Of a DNA stretch of 64,000 nucleotides, positions 23,700-37,879 are shown one piece after another (the first letter of the stretch is position 1; each line of letters opens with the position of its first letter). Source of the stretch: Octopus sinensis (lineage: Eukaryota); contig NC_043000.1 of assembly GCF_006345805.1 (NCBI RefSeq), positions 129,394,001 to 129,458,000 of the forward strand. Direction: 5' to 3'. The position numbers and the translations under genes were made by a program. Below the pieces are notes generated by a model that saw nothing but the letters and a program-made list of their open reading frames with translations, was not told the origin of the DNA and made no database searches.

Positions 23700-24809
23700 T
23701 AGTAAAATAGAAATTGATGAAAAGTAAATAACAGCCCCATTCTTTAAAGACATTTTGCCTACCAGCATTGTATAAAACCCGGCAGTTAAAAAATACAGAA
23801 GATCGAATTTTTGAATTTTTATTAATAATATCTGAAGGGTGTGTGTTTCGCTTCGAAATGATAAAATACTAGTACATCTCTATCTCGTTGGCTCATCACT
23901 CACATACAACATGGAGCTATTGAAAAACATACCACAAAATTAGACAGGAAAGCACCAAAGTGATATCATAAAAGACAAAAGATAAATTATGGAAGTCATA
24001 CACATATTGCAAAATAATAACGCAGTCAACTTGCAAGTACACACACGAAAAAATTAACACTGACAAAATTCTAACCGTAAAGAAATTTACGTGACTGCTG
24101 ACGTATGGAGCTGACAAAGAAAATAAACCATTTGGCATAAAAGTCTACATGAATTCAATTAATATAAAAAAGCAACACAGACACCAAATGTATTCACTTC
24201 TTGAAAATGAGACTGTGAAGGTCTGGAAACATCGAATACGAATTTAAGAACTTTATTGTACCAAACAAGCAGTAAAAAACCAATAACACAAATAATCAAA
24301 AACGTGAACACAGTTGTATAGTCAATGAAACACACATATAAAATATATATAAACTTAGTGCACGCGTATACATACATACATACACATACGTATGTATGAA
24401 TATGTACATGCATACATACGTATGTTCTTACTCATGCACATCCATCCATACACATGCACACACATTTCCATGTGGGAGTTGGTATGTGCTCGCACGTGCA
24501 CACACACATATATACCAATACATATATACCAATACACACACATATCTATGTGTGTGCGTATCGGCATGTATGTGTGTCTGGAAGTTATGAAACAAATTGC
24601 TTTCCCGAACGACAGTTTCTCTCCGAATCCTGCACGAGTGCAATGCGGACGCCATAATTGCTTTCTTTGAAACGACTGCCAAATTACAGCAAATAACCAC
24701 GTTGCTTACTATGCCGTTTCTAATTGCTTTACTGTTTCACAAAATATATGCTCCTTCCTTCCAGCTTCTGATTAACTTCATAATTCTGTTGTCTTTCTTT
24801 CTCTCTTTC

Positions 24810-24850
24810 TTTCTCCCTTCCTCCTTTCTTTCTCCCTTCCTCTCTTCCTC

Positions 24851-24881
<31 letters not shown>

Positions 24882-25269
24882 TTTAACTCACCGTTTTCTG
24901 CTCTTTAGTTTATTTTTGCCTTATTTTATTTTCTCTAGCTTTTTCTGTTTTCTTTCCTACTTTATTCAATTCTCTCCCTTCCCCATAATTTTGTTTGTCT
25001 CTTGCCCATTTTCTGTCTATCATTTTCTATCTATCTATCTGTCTATCTGTCTGTCTATCTATCTGTCTATCTGTCTGTCTGTCTGTCTGTCCGTCTGTCT
25101 GTCCGTCTGTCTGCCCGTCTGTCTGTCCGTCTGTCTGTCCGTCTGTCTGTCCGTCTGTCTGTCCGTCTGTCTGTCCGTCTGTCTATCCGTCTGTCTATCC
25201 ATCTGTCTATCCATCTGTCTATCTATCTGTCTATCTGTCTGTCTATCTGTCTGTCTATCTGTCTGTCTA

Positions 25270-25319
<50 letters not shown>

Positions 25320-25390
25320 ATGTCTATCTATCTATCCGTCTGTCTATCTGCTTTTTTGTTTGTTTGTTTCTGTCTTTCTGTCTTTCATTG
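24810..25390. repeat. (TTTC)n and (TCTG/TCTA/TCCG)n tetranucleotide arrays
   Basis: Direct reading; explains track ORFs 24916-25519. Confidence 0.95.
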
Positions 25391-25758
25391 TTTCTCTCTT
25401 TCTATCATCTTTTTCTTGTCAAACATTTCTTAGCCCTCTTTGTTGTTATGTTAACAATCTCCTCAGAAAGATCTATACTGTTTCGTGTATATTCATGTGA
25501 CATAAACGAATTACGATGAAGCTTGAACGACTGCTGATGTTCTAGAAACCTCAAAGGGGACTCACTATATAAGATACAGCTTCTATATTTGGAACAACGC
25601 TGCTGCTAGACAAAGAGACCTCTTACATTTCATTGAAAGAGAAAGCCATCCAGCTAATTGACTAGACTTTATCTATCAACTCACCCCAAGATTCATTGCC
25701 GAATCATACTGCTTTTCTACTGTTGTTACTGCAGCATCTGCTCCTATGTGCGCGCGTG

Positions 25759-25816
<58 letters not shown>

Positions 25817-25964
25817 TATACGCTAAGTAACGGGGACTTAAGCACACCAACATCGGTTGTCAAGCGATGGTGAGGGACAAACACACATAAATACATACAT
25901 CGATGTCTGCGCTTGTATCACGTGAAGAATGTTTAATCTATTCTATTCATGGTGTTTCTGAATA

Positions 25965-26150
25965 GTGTCGCCTCTATCTTTAGGTTTCCATATATTTTGA
26001 GATTATGATGTCAAGGTGATGTTATTCTTGGATCTGAATGAATGAATGTTTTGTGCATATCGAGTTTTGAAGTTGTTTCTTGTCATTCCTAAACATCAGC
26101 ACTATACGTCAACACCCCGCACCTTTGGCAAGTATATTCCGGTAAGAGAA
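25965..26150 (-). pseudogene. PLE GIY-YIG endonuclease fragment
   Basis: LGMTRNNFKTRYAQNIHSFRSKNN..SQNIWKPKDRG resembles the PLE YIGxTxxxFKxRYxxHxxSF..IWxLK pattern. Confidence 0.65.
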
Positions 26151-26312
26151 CAGCTTAGTATGTATCAGCAGTTGCATTCATGATGTTATGCTCGCATGAT
26201 GGGTTTTTTTTTAATGCGGAGGGAGATTTAGGAGATTGTAACATTTAAACAAATTGAGTTTGATTTTATAGAATTTATTATAGAATTTTTGTTAAGAACT
26301 TTATTGTGTCTA

Positions 26313-26590
26313 TGTGAAGGTTCCAGGTTCAGTCCCATTGCATGGCACCTTGGGCAAGTGACTTCTACTATAGCCTCGGGCCGACCAAAGCCATGTGAGT
26401 GGATTTGGTAGACGGAAACTGAAATAAACCCGTCATATATATGTGTGTGTATATGTTTGTGTGTCTGTGTTTGTCCCTAAACATCGCTTGACAACAGATG
26501 CTGGTGTGTTTACGTCCACGTAACTTAACGGGGACATAAACACATTAGCATGGCCGCAGTCAAATGACTGAAAGAAGTAGAGGTAAAAGA
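26313..26590 (+). mobile_element. SINE family A with internal deletion
   Basis: Head and tail motifs present; middle replaced at 26518-26550. Confidence 0.85.
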
Positions 26591-26718
26591 GTATATATAA
26601 TATATTATATATATATATTGTATATATATAATATATATATTGTATATAATATATATATTTATATTATATATTATATATGTACATGTTATATATATTATAT
26701 GTATATATATTATATAGA

Positions 26719-26785
<67 letters not shown>

Positions 26786-26786
26786 T

Positions 26787-26954
26787 TTACTCTTTTACTT
26801 GTTTCAGTCATTTGACTGCGGCCATGCTGGAGCACCTCGATTCTTTTGTAAGCCCAGTACTTATTCTATCGGTCTCTTTTGATAAGTAATGGGGACATAA
26901 ACACACCAGCATCGGTTGTCAAGCAATGCTAGGGGGACAAACACACACACACAC

Positions 26955-26994
<40 letters not shown>

Positions 26995-27157
26995 CGACGG
27001 GCTTCTTTCAGTTTCCGTCTACCAAATCTACTCACAAGGCTTTGGGCGGCCCGAGGCTATAGTAGAAGACACTTGCCCAAGGTGCCACGCAGTGGGACTG
27101 AACCCGGAAGCATGTGGTTGGTAAACAAGCTACTTACCACACAGCCACTCCTGCGCC

Positions 27158-27158
<1 letters not shown>
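26787..27158 (-). mobile_element. SINE family A
   Basis: Reverse-complement consensus; tail-to-tail with the 26313 copy. Confidence 0.85.
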
Positions 27159-27159
<1 letters not shown>

Positions 27160-27216
<57 letters not shown>

Positions 27217-27581
27217 TATGTATATGTATATATTATAAATATATATTACATGTAGATATTATGTATATGTATATATTATAAATATATATTACATGTAGAT
27301 ATTATGTATATGTATATATTATAAATATATATTACATGTAGATATTATGTATATGTATATTTATAAATATATATTATATGTATAATTATAAATATTATTA
27401 TATGTATATATTATATATGTATATATTATAAATATATATGGGTGTATATATAATGTGTATATATATATATTAATGTTATATATTATAATGTATAATATAA
27501 TATATATATATAATGTATATATATATATAATGTGTGTATATATATATATGTGTTGTATATATATATATATGTGTGTATATA

Positions 27582-27614
<33 letters not shown>

Positions 27615-27680
27615 ATGTTTCTATATATATATATAATGTGTCTATATATATAATGTGCACATATATATATTTATATATAT
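27160..27680. repeat. TA-rich tract including a 43-bp unit repeated about three times
   Basis: tgtatatgtatatattataaatatatattacatgtagatatta repeats from about 27219 to 27360. Confidence 0.9.
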
Positions 27681-29030
27681 ATGTAGTTTTAAGGCTTTAA
27701 TGCGGTCCCAGTAATCGAGATCAGTCATGCTCTTAATTCGTTCAGTGAATGTACTCTGGGGTGATTCAATTTTCGACATGCTCTGTTTTGTATAGGGTAA
27801 CCACAGGGGAGCAATAATATTCGAGGTGTGGCCGTACAAAGGAGGAGAAAAGTGGAATGATGACACTTTATTCTCTGGACCAGTAGGTTCCTAGGATTCA
27901 GGAGCTCATCCTACGGACTATATCCACCTTATTGTTGATGTGGGCACTCCAACTGAGACTTATCAACAATTACTCCTAGGTCTCTTATATTATTAGATGC
28001 TGAGAGGGTTACCCTGAAAGAAGGGAGTATGGATGTTTTAGTATAGACTTTCTTCCAAAATACATCAGCTCAAAGTTTCCCTCGTTCAGTTGCATTTTGT
28101 TTTTGTCTGCCCATTGACTCACAGCATATAGATCAGACTGGTGTTGAGTTCGGTCTTCTTCTTTATTGATGATTTGCTGCAGCTTAGTGTCATCATCAAA
28201 TATTTTCACTTTGCTGTGTTTTACGATGTATAGGTCCTTTATGTAGATTATAAAGAGGAACGGGACCAATACAGTCCCCTGAGAGAGACCCCACTGGTGG
28301 CTTTTGCTGGGCTTGAGTGGACTCCTTATCGACCACAACATGTTGTATTCTATTCGCCAGGAAATACTCAATCTAGTGTAGATGTTTTCCACGGATTCCA
28401 ACATTTGCCAATTTTTGAGAGTAAGATATTATAGTCAACCCTGTCGTACACTTTACTGAAGTCAAGATATATGACATCAGAGTTCGTACCTGTTCCCATG
28501 GCTTTAAGTATATCCTCAATGTGGTGTAAGAGCTGTGTTAGACAGTCTTCTACCACACTGGAAGCTATGCTGATTTGCGTTAAAGAGCTTGTGGATCTCC
28601 AGGAAGCCAGCTATCCTTGATCTTACCACTCTTTCAAATACTTTAATGATGTGGGAGGTGAGTGAAATTGGGCTATAGTTGACTGCAAGGGATCTGTTTC
28701 CCTGGTTGAAGACCGGGATGACAGACTTGGATAGGAGCTGTTTCGGTATATAACCTAAGTTTAAAGAATTTCTCCAGAGGTTGGTCAGAGGGACTGCAAG
28801 TTGGTGTCTACATTCCTTCAGGAGACTAGCGGGGAATCTATCAGGGCCTACAGCAGAATAGTATTTGACCTCATTTATTGCTGCTATGATGTTTGAGGCA
28901 GTGAAGGTTATGTCCGAGATTTTATGTTGGGAATCAGCTTCGCTTCTCTTACGTCAATATCAGTGGGATCACTAAAGGCAGAGCAGTATTTCTGCCATTT
29001 CTTTAGCATCGTGTTGGGGAATGCCGGTAT
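27680..29030 (-). pseudogene. CR1/L2-like LINE ORF2 reverse transcriptase, decayed
   Basis: NYSPISLTSHIIKVFERVV; LLHHIEDIL..DVIYLDFSKVYDRVD; LSQGTVLVPFLFIIYIKDL; KIFDDDTKL (FADD-like); MTDLDYWDRIKALKL. Several frameshifts. Confidence 0.92.
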
Positions 29031-29039
29031 CATCGATCA

Positions 29040-29990
29040 ATGGGCCAATGGGTGAGACGTTTGGATTTACCTTTACATGTACATTTATTTAAAATACGGT
29101 TATGTTTTTTGTTTATTATATTTCTTCCGTAGCTATTCTTAATATTAGTTAAATAGTTATTATAGAATATATTTAATTTGACATTGTTTATTGAGGATAT
29201 ATTACTAACATTTCTTGTTGTGGAGTAGCCCACTCTGATAGTTATTTTTTGAGAATATTTTCGAGTACGTTTTGTTCTTTTTAAAGGATGTTTTTATTAT
29301 GTTCAAAATTTCTTTAAGTTAGTTTTTATTTGGACCCCATAAGGGATAATTAACCATATAATTTCCTTATGCTTATTATTAATATTACTATTATTATTAT
29401 CATTCATATTATTATTGTTCATTGGGTATATAATAGTTATGCTTATTTCCATTAGAATTATTTTTGGTATTATCATTACTATGATCATTTTTGTTATTAT
29501 TTATACGTATATTATAATTATCTATATTTATTTCCTTATATTGTTTATCATTATCCTTGCTATTACTTCTATATTTGGTTTGGGCTTTAGGATGATTCCT
29601 GTTATTATTGTTGGGTCCGTAATTATTATAGAATTTAACTTTCGTATTATATGCTGCTTCTTTTAATGCACTATTATAGTAAGGGGAATGTTTATTGAAA
29701 GTATCTATATCCGAGGATAACATAGAAATTCTTTTAACTATATTTTCTATTAGTGCCTTTTTGACTGAGCTAGGATAGTTGCTCTGGGCATTAATGTACT
29801 TAAGGTTCTCTTTTAATTTATGGAATGGTTGGGTTCTATTCGTTACTAAGTTTAGGTTTGCATCTAGGTAGTTAACCACAGAAATGCTCTTCTCTATGAA
29901 TATATTTAAACCATAATTCTTAAAGAATTTGTATAGTTTTTTCTTTATATTTTCTGATGATCTATTAATGCAGTTAACTTTGATCCATTA
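29040..29990 (-). pseudogene. PLE RT C-terminus and linker
   Basis: ENIKKKLYKFFKNYGLNIFIE..VVNYLDANLNL..YINAQSNYPSSVKK..RISMLSS..FNKHSPYYNSALKEAAY, an Asn-rich insert, then IIPYG and GYSTTRNV. Confidence 0.8.
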
Positions 29991-30453
29991 ATAATAATAA
30001 CAATAAGATAAATAGCCTGAGGACGCACTGGTGGAGTTATGTAATAGGTATAGCCTGGAAAAACACACCACCAGCGCAGAAACACGCGTAGCGTTGATTA
30101 AAAATATGTTCTTTCTCCACAGACTAATAACAGGTAAGGTATATATATTTTTTCAAATATTTTATAAATAAGTTTCTAAAATAATTTTATTGTACTTTAT
30201 AGTAGGTTTTAAAATGCTTATATTATTTTATTATTATATACGATATAACATTCTATGTGTATTCCAGACAATAAGGTGGTCTTGAAATAGAAGTTGCGGT
30301 TCTATTGCTAAAATTCCAAATTTATAATAATATTATAAATGATACTGTTTACATTATATTAGTAAAGTGTAAAATAGTAAATGTCCTGACAACCTGGAAT
30401 ACTTATTATTCCCCAAGTTTTTAAAATTATATATTAATGTATAAATATACATA

Positions 30454-30980
30454 TACTAGCAGCTAAGCCCGGTTTCACCCGGTCTGTTTGGATGATGTGG
30501 CTCTCATCGTTTTCGGTTAAGCATATGTGAATGAAAATTAAGTTCAGACCAGTACATGGTAGCTAGACCTGGTAGAAATATCAGCCAAATCTCCCTCAAA
30601 ACACCCTACTGTCTTAATCCGACAATTCTGCCTATTATATAGTTTGAATGAGAAATTGTAACTAAAAATTAAGATTTAATATCTAACCCTAACCCCACAA
30701 GTTGGTGAAAGAAGAGAGCGAAAGTTTTGGCTGACTGTCATCCTGCACTTCCCTTGTTGCTAGCGAAATGGTTGTTTTCATGGGGGATCAAACTGGAATT
30801 CCATTAGAAAAAGTTTAAATCGATTTTATCGATAAGTATGGGGGCTAAGAAAAAATAGAAACCATATTCCAATCTATGCACCCATCTCCACATGTGTGCC
30901 ATTATTCACGCGAATCCACCCAGCCATTTAGCTGTGAACCTCAAGACAAGAAAGAATATAACGATCGCCCATGTCAAATT

Positions 30981-30985
<5 letters not shown>
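30454..30985 (+). mobile_element. Helitron/Helentron-like non-autonomous element
   Basis: 5' tactagcagctaagcccggtttcacccgg and 3' gcgaatccacccagccatttagctgtga..atttatattatata resemble invertebrate non-autonomous Helitron ends (recalled pattern). Confidence 0.45.
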
Positions 30986-31026
<41 letters not shown>

Positions 31027-31035
31027 ATATGTATG

Positions 31036-31075
<40 letters not shown>

Positions 31076-31465
31076 GTATGTATATATATATATATTATAT
31101 ATATATATATATATATACATACGTTATATATATATATACATTATTTATATATATATATATATACATACATTATATATATATATACATACATTATATATAT
31201 ATATACATACATTATATATATATATATACATACTTTATATATATATTATATATATACATACTTTATATATATATATATATATAATATGATGTATATATAT
31301 ATATATATATATACATTATATATATATATACATACATTATATATATATATACATACAGTATATATATATATATATACATACTTTATATATATATATAGAT
31401 ATATATAGATACACACACACATATATATATATATAGACACACACACACACACACATATATATATG
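30985..31465. repeat. TA/TACA low-complexity tract
   Basis: Direct reading. Confidence 0.95.
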
Positions 31466-31500
31466 AGAGACCAGATACACGAAGCTTAACTATGAAAGAA

Positions 31501-31630
31501 GTACTGTCAGTTTCAATTTCACAGTCTTGTATCACAGCTGTACATCAGTATTATCGCTTTTATGTATAAGTAAATAAAGACACTGATGTTGATGAACAGC
31601 TGTGATAAAAAGCTGAGTAACTGACAGTAC
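31501..31630. repeat. 130-bp imperfect hairpin
   Basis: gtactgtcagtt/aactgacagtac, tatcacagctgt/acagctgtgata and acatcagt/actgatgt form nested pairs. Confidence 0.8.
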
Positions 31631-31775
31631 ATTATTTCTAGTCATGATGTATGTATCTTTTCTTATAGAGTATGTACTCTAATTAATATTGAATGATTTT
31701 CTTTTCGTTCATATCAACACCATTTACATGTATCTGTGTTTGAACACACACATACATATATATGAATGAAAATCT

Positions 31776-31811
<36 letters not shown>

Positions 31812-32279
31812 CCGTGTGAGCGTACGTTAGAAAAAACAAATCTTCAACAAAAAAAATGACAAGAAAAAGTTTGAGTAAAAAACATTTTAATCACCAAGCG
31901 TTTATTTTTTTCATTATTTTCATAATTTTAAAATTTTTTATCAATATAATCGTCATTATTATCTTTATCTTCATCATTTTCATAATTCTCATTATTATTA
32001 TTATCATTATTATTATTGTTATTATTATTACTCTTAATGTGAGGGACAAGAATTAGTTAAAGTATAAGAAATGATCAAACTTCTGAGAATGAGTTAGTTC
32101 ATTGAATTTCATAGGGAAAAAAAAACAACTTATTATTAACAGCAAGAACAACATCAACAAAAATAAAAAAAATAAAAATATAAAAAAAATTAAACCTCAG
32201 GAAAAGAAAGAAATAGAAATAACTTCAGTACAGTAATGTGCAAAAAATGAGTGGGAAAGGAAGGATAAATATAGGTATA

Positions 32280-32296
32280 TGTGTATGTATTTGCGT

Positions 32297-32349
<53 letters not shown>

Positions 32350-32881
32350 CACACATATAATATATATATATATACATAAATACATATATATAGATACATA
32401 TATACATATATATAGATACATATATACATATATATAGATACATATATAGATATATATAGATACATATATACATATATATAGATACATATATAGATATATA
32501 GATACATGTATATATATATAGATACACACACACATATATAATACTTATATATATACATGTATATATATATAGATACACACACACATATATAACACTTATA
32601 TATATATATATATCTATATATATATATATATATATACACACATAGATATATATTTGTGTGCGTGTCTTTGTAAGTGTGTGTATATATATATATATTTATA
32701 ATAAATGTAGATTGTATATATTATATATATGTATACACACACAAAAACATATTTACATATATATGTATATAGACTTATATACGTGTGAAATTATAAATTC
32801 ATATGCATATATGTATGAATGTGCGGACACATTTCTATGTAGATGTATTAGTAAATTTATATGTGTATGCAGATGTGTAAG

Positions 32882-32940
<59 letters not shown>

Positions 32941-33010
32941 ATAGTTCTATGTGTATAGATATGTAGATATATGTGTATATGTCTGTATATGTACACGTGT
33001 ATATATGTAT
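32280..33010. repeat. TA/CA/TAGA microsatellite complex
   Basis: Direct reading. Confidence 0.9.
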
Positions 33011-35399
33011 ATATACTTACACTGCGTAAAAGTAATAAATAAATGTATAAAGAATGAATGTCTAGTGTGGTGAGGCTGCGATAATTTACTGCAACGACTC
33101 AGAATAACCTCAGTTCAGCAATACATACACAGATATATATGTTTATAAGTATATATATATATATAAAATATATATATATATATATAAAATATATATATGC
33201 TTATGTGTGTTTTGTGACTGTTCGTCTGTTCTTGCGTGTGTGTGTATTGGTGTTGGGAATAAGTATGTCTATGTGCGTTTGAACGTTTGAGAATTATTTT
33301 ACTTGTATTTTTGGAGGTTAGAAGAATAAAGTTTTTAGGAAATCTTCTGTAAAATAAAACCGTAAATTGAAATTGGTTCACTCTAATAATATATATATAT
33401 ATGCTTCTTGTGTAGACATTACATAATCTATATGAGTCTAGATATTTGCATGTACCACGCTCAGACAAACACTTATGAACATATATGTATATCTATCTAT
33501 ACATATATCTGATTATCTCACTTCCTCTCTTCCTAGATGTATACACAGTCAAACACACATATACTTATGCATGTATATAAATATATATATACACACACAT
33601 ATCGATACATGCATGTATATGTTTACGTATCTAAGCCAAATATAAACATGTATTCATGTTCTGTTTTTATGTGCATTCGCACTTGCGCACATATACATAA
33701 GCTTATGACATTAGTGGTGTTCGCATATAACACACATATGCGTATACGCACACACTCACGCACTCACACACGCACGCTAACACACACTGATACACATGTA
33801 TGCTTGCATCAGCTCAACACCTCTCATGATTACACTGAACATTTATAAACAAACGTTTGGTAAACATGCGCACGAAGAATATCTCAAATATAACAATGTT
33901 AAAATACAGTAGCAGGTAGAAAATAAAATACATAGATAACAATATCAAGAACAAACAAAAATATGCGTTTTAGAAAGATCAAATCGCCATAAACTTTTGG
34001 AAAATACAAGAGAGATAGATAGACAGATATATAGGTAAATAGAAAAAGAGGGAGAGAAAGCAAACTAAAAGAAAAAGAAAATTATTTGAAATGATATACG
34101 AAAAATAGATTGCAAAACGAAACTCTCCAACAAAAGAGTTAAAAAGGCGCAAAATCTGGAGCGAAAAAAAAAAAAAAGAAATTAAAAAGAAAAATTAAGG
34201 AAAATTTTATCAGAAAATGTTACAAATTTTTTTTACAAAATCAGAAGGAAAGTATTTGGTTAAAGCTCAACATGTAGAGAAAAATATTGTTTTCTAACTC
34301 TACGATAATTTTTTGAATCATTTTAAAAATATCTCCATTTTTTTTTCTTAAATTCAGTTTTCATTGCGCAAAATTTATGCGGCTTCCACTTCACCTCCAT
34401 GATATTACGCATTTATTTACATAATGTTAGCATGCAGTAGGTCATTAATTGCATAATATATATATATATATATATATATATACACGCGCGCGCACACACA
34501 AATATTTATATATATATATACACATACATATGCACCTGTATTACATATATTTGAATATATATGTATACACACACGCACACAAATATTTATATATATATAC
34601 ATATGCACATGTATTACATATATATGAATATATATATGTAGGTATGTATACATATACATACACACGCATACACATAAATACATAATATAGCATAACGAAC
34701 GGACAGAATCCTATAACTGTGCACGCGCACAAAAATTTATGTTTATTTATTGAATAGTTTTCTTTTTTAAATGTTTGGTTGTAAACAAAATACCTCCCCC
34801 CCAAAACAAAACAAAAAACATTAATTAAAAACAGCATAACAAGGCAATAAATATAAAAGTAAAAGAAATCAACCGTGTTAAGAGTGTTTGAATGCAGCTA
34901 GAGGAAATATTTTGCAACGAAACCAAAACATTCCTCAAAATGCCTAAAAATTTCATTATATTTTGTGAATAATCTAAAATTATGAAACGAATGCATTTTG
35001 ACAATGAATTTAAATGTGGACGTTAGAATGGAATTAAACAGGATTCTTTTCTTCTTCCTACCCTTAAAAAAACACGACGCTTGCATTTTGCTTTTCTCTG
35101 ATTGAATAACTTATTAAACTTATTAATCTAATGTTTAAATGTGTATTTTGCATTTGAAGAGTTATATTTGTTGAACGATATTGAATGCAAATCCGGACGA
35201 CGGATTTTTACGATAAGAAAGAAAAACGAAAAGACAAATTTTGTTTCCCAATTCAGATTTTCTTTATGTCATTGCTGGATAAAGTTATTCGAAATAGTAT
35301 AGAGTACGATTTCCTACCTATTTGGAGCAATATACAGAACGAGCTCGCTATGAGAAAGCATTTCTATAACATATTTTTATACCTAAACCATTCTTAAGT

Positions 35400-35403
35400 A
35401 TAC

Positions 35404-35436
<33 letters not shown>

Positions 35437-35473
35437 GGTGTATGTCTCCAATACTTACTAGCGGAACTTAATG

Positions 35474-35523
<50 letters not shown>

Positions 35524-36020
35524 CATTATGTGTGTATGTATGCATATATGTGTATATATGTATGCATATATATGTGTATATATGTATGTATGCATGTGTG
35601 TGTATATGTATGCATGTGTGTATATATATGCATATATATTTGTATATACATATGCATATATATTGTATATATATGTGCATATATGTGTATATATATGTGC
35701 ATATATGTGTATATATATGTGCATATATGTGCATATATGTGTGTATATATAAGTGTATATATATGTATGCATATATATATGTGTATATATGTATGCATAT
35801 ATGTGTATATATATGTATGCATATGTGTGTATATATATATGTATGCATATATGTGTGTATATATATGTATGCATATATGTATGCATATATATGTGTTTAT
35901 ATATGTGTGTATATATGTATGCATATATGTGTTTATATATATATGCATATATGTGTTTATATATGTGTACATATATATGAGTGTGTATCTATATATGTAT
36001 GTATATATATGTATATGTTC
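35400..36020. repeat. (AAT)n, (TA)n and TATG/TGCA low-complexity array
   Basis: Direct reading; source of many spurious ORFs. Confidence 0.95.
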
Positions 36021-36443
36021 TTGATAGTAAGTATACTTTCACACACCTCGCTCGCTCCAAATATTTACGTTTATAGTCAGCATATAAAATTTACATAATT
36101 CAGTTCACTGTGTGTGTGTCCGTGCGCGCGTGCTTCCATTGGTCTTGCGCTTCTATTGTTTTATGTATGCGTATATCAGTATAATCTTACCCCTACAATT
36201 CTAGCTCGTCTGAGATTATATCCAAATAGATTTTCGCTTGTGTACATGATCACAATGTTTTCGACTTATACACTTTTATTAGAAATGTGTAGAGTCTGAT
36301 ATACATTTATTCGTATGTAAGCAGGATTATGTCATCAAAACCACGGCTTCCTTTAATCAGCCTTTCATACATACTCACACGCAAGCACGCACGTGCGTGC
36401 ATATATAAACACACATATAAAGATATTTGTATACATAGGCAAC

Positions 36444-36475
<32 letters not shown>

Positions 36476-36590
36476 GTGTGTATATATTTATATTTACGTT
36501 TATTATGTATATATTCATACATATATACATTTATGTATATGTATATATATATATGTAAATACATATGTACGTATATATATATATATATAG

Positions 36591-36621
<31 letters not shown>

Positions 36622-36957
36622 CATACATTTACACACACACACTTATTTACATATATACATATATATATATATATATAAATATGCAGTTCCACAGTCTTAT
36701 TTTCGCATTACAATAGCATACAATTGCCTGTGGTACACACGTGTAGTTGCATGTGCGTATGAGGTAAGTAAAAACACACACTGTGAACAAAAACAAAAGC
36801 ATGACAATCACTGACAACTCAGTGGCGATAGTATGAAATAGCTAAGCATAGATATAATCCTAGTTACCATACACACACACATAGGGGCATAGTCATGCGC
36901 GCGCGCGTGTGTGTTTTCGTATATCATACATACACATACATGTGTGTGTGTGTATAT

Positions 36958-36988
<31 letters not shown>

Positions 36989-37879
36989 GTACACCAGCAG
37001 GATTTTGTGCATTTAACATGCTAGAACAGTCTTTTTATTCATACATTTGCTATCTTTTTATTGATTATCCGTCATGATAGATGTCGCTTTGCACAGCTTC
37101 CGGCCACGATCCGTTTTCATGTAACCAAAAGATCCGTTTACGACCATATTGTAATTGCTGTTGCAGTCGCCGTCACCGTCGTCATCATCATCATTACCAT
37201 CATCTCCTTACTTTGAATTATATATATTACTCTAGCGACGTAAATCTGTGACCAGGAGGTTTTATTTTATCGATAAATATACTCGAGCTTTTCTGTATCC
37301 GCTGCATTTTGTAAGAAGGTTCGTTGGCAGGTCGGCTCCATTATTGTCATTCTTCTACAATTCTTAGGGGTCCTCATTTATTTTGAAAAATTTACCATAA
37401 AATGTGTATGTGTGTGTGTATTCGTGTTATGAGAACTATAGACTGCTGTGTCTATACGGCATCGCATCAATAAGTGAACAGTTCATACCCTGTCACCGGC
37501 GTTTCAGTGCATTCACCGTCGATACATTTGATTGCCAAATTACACAAAGCGCTATTCTACTGATAGATACCATAATGTGGTATAGTTTTTCTGATATTAG
37601 CTCCAAAAGCAATGCGTTATTTGAAATTGTTAGGTTAAGCAAAATGGCTGAATTATATACTTCTCAGAAAGAAATGAAAGCCAGTATAACTTGCCTTGAG
37701 CTATATGTCAATCTTGATAGCTTTGTATATGTTATATATCGGAGTATTTAAGGCCAGCCCTTGCGATACATAAAGTAACTGGACTCAGCTCAAACATAAT
37801 GATATTTATTATATTCTTTGTATTTATTATGATAAAGATAATGTTAACGATGAAAATGATAATAATAATAAAATAATAA

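Noticed and set aside
23880-24150. Possible LINE ORF2 linker remnant
   Set aside because: No diagnostic motif.
24916-25519. Long ORFs (143-194 aa) of SVCL/SVRL repeats
   Set aside because: Translation of tetranucleotide microsatellite. The same applies to all YI/CV/HT-rich ORFs in the track.
37404-37751. 115-aa non-repetitive ORF
   Set aside because: GTG start inside a TG tract, no recognisable domain, no convincing splice sites.
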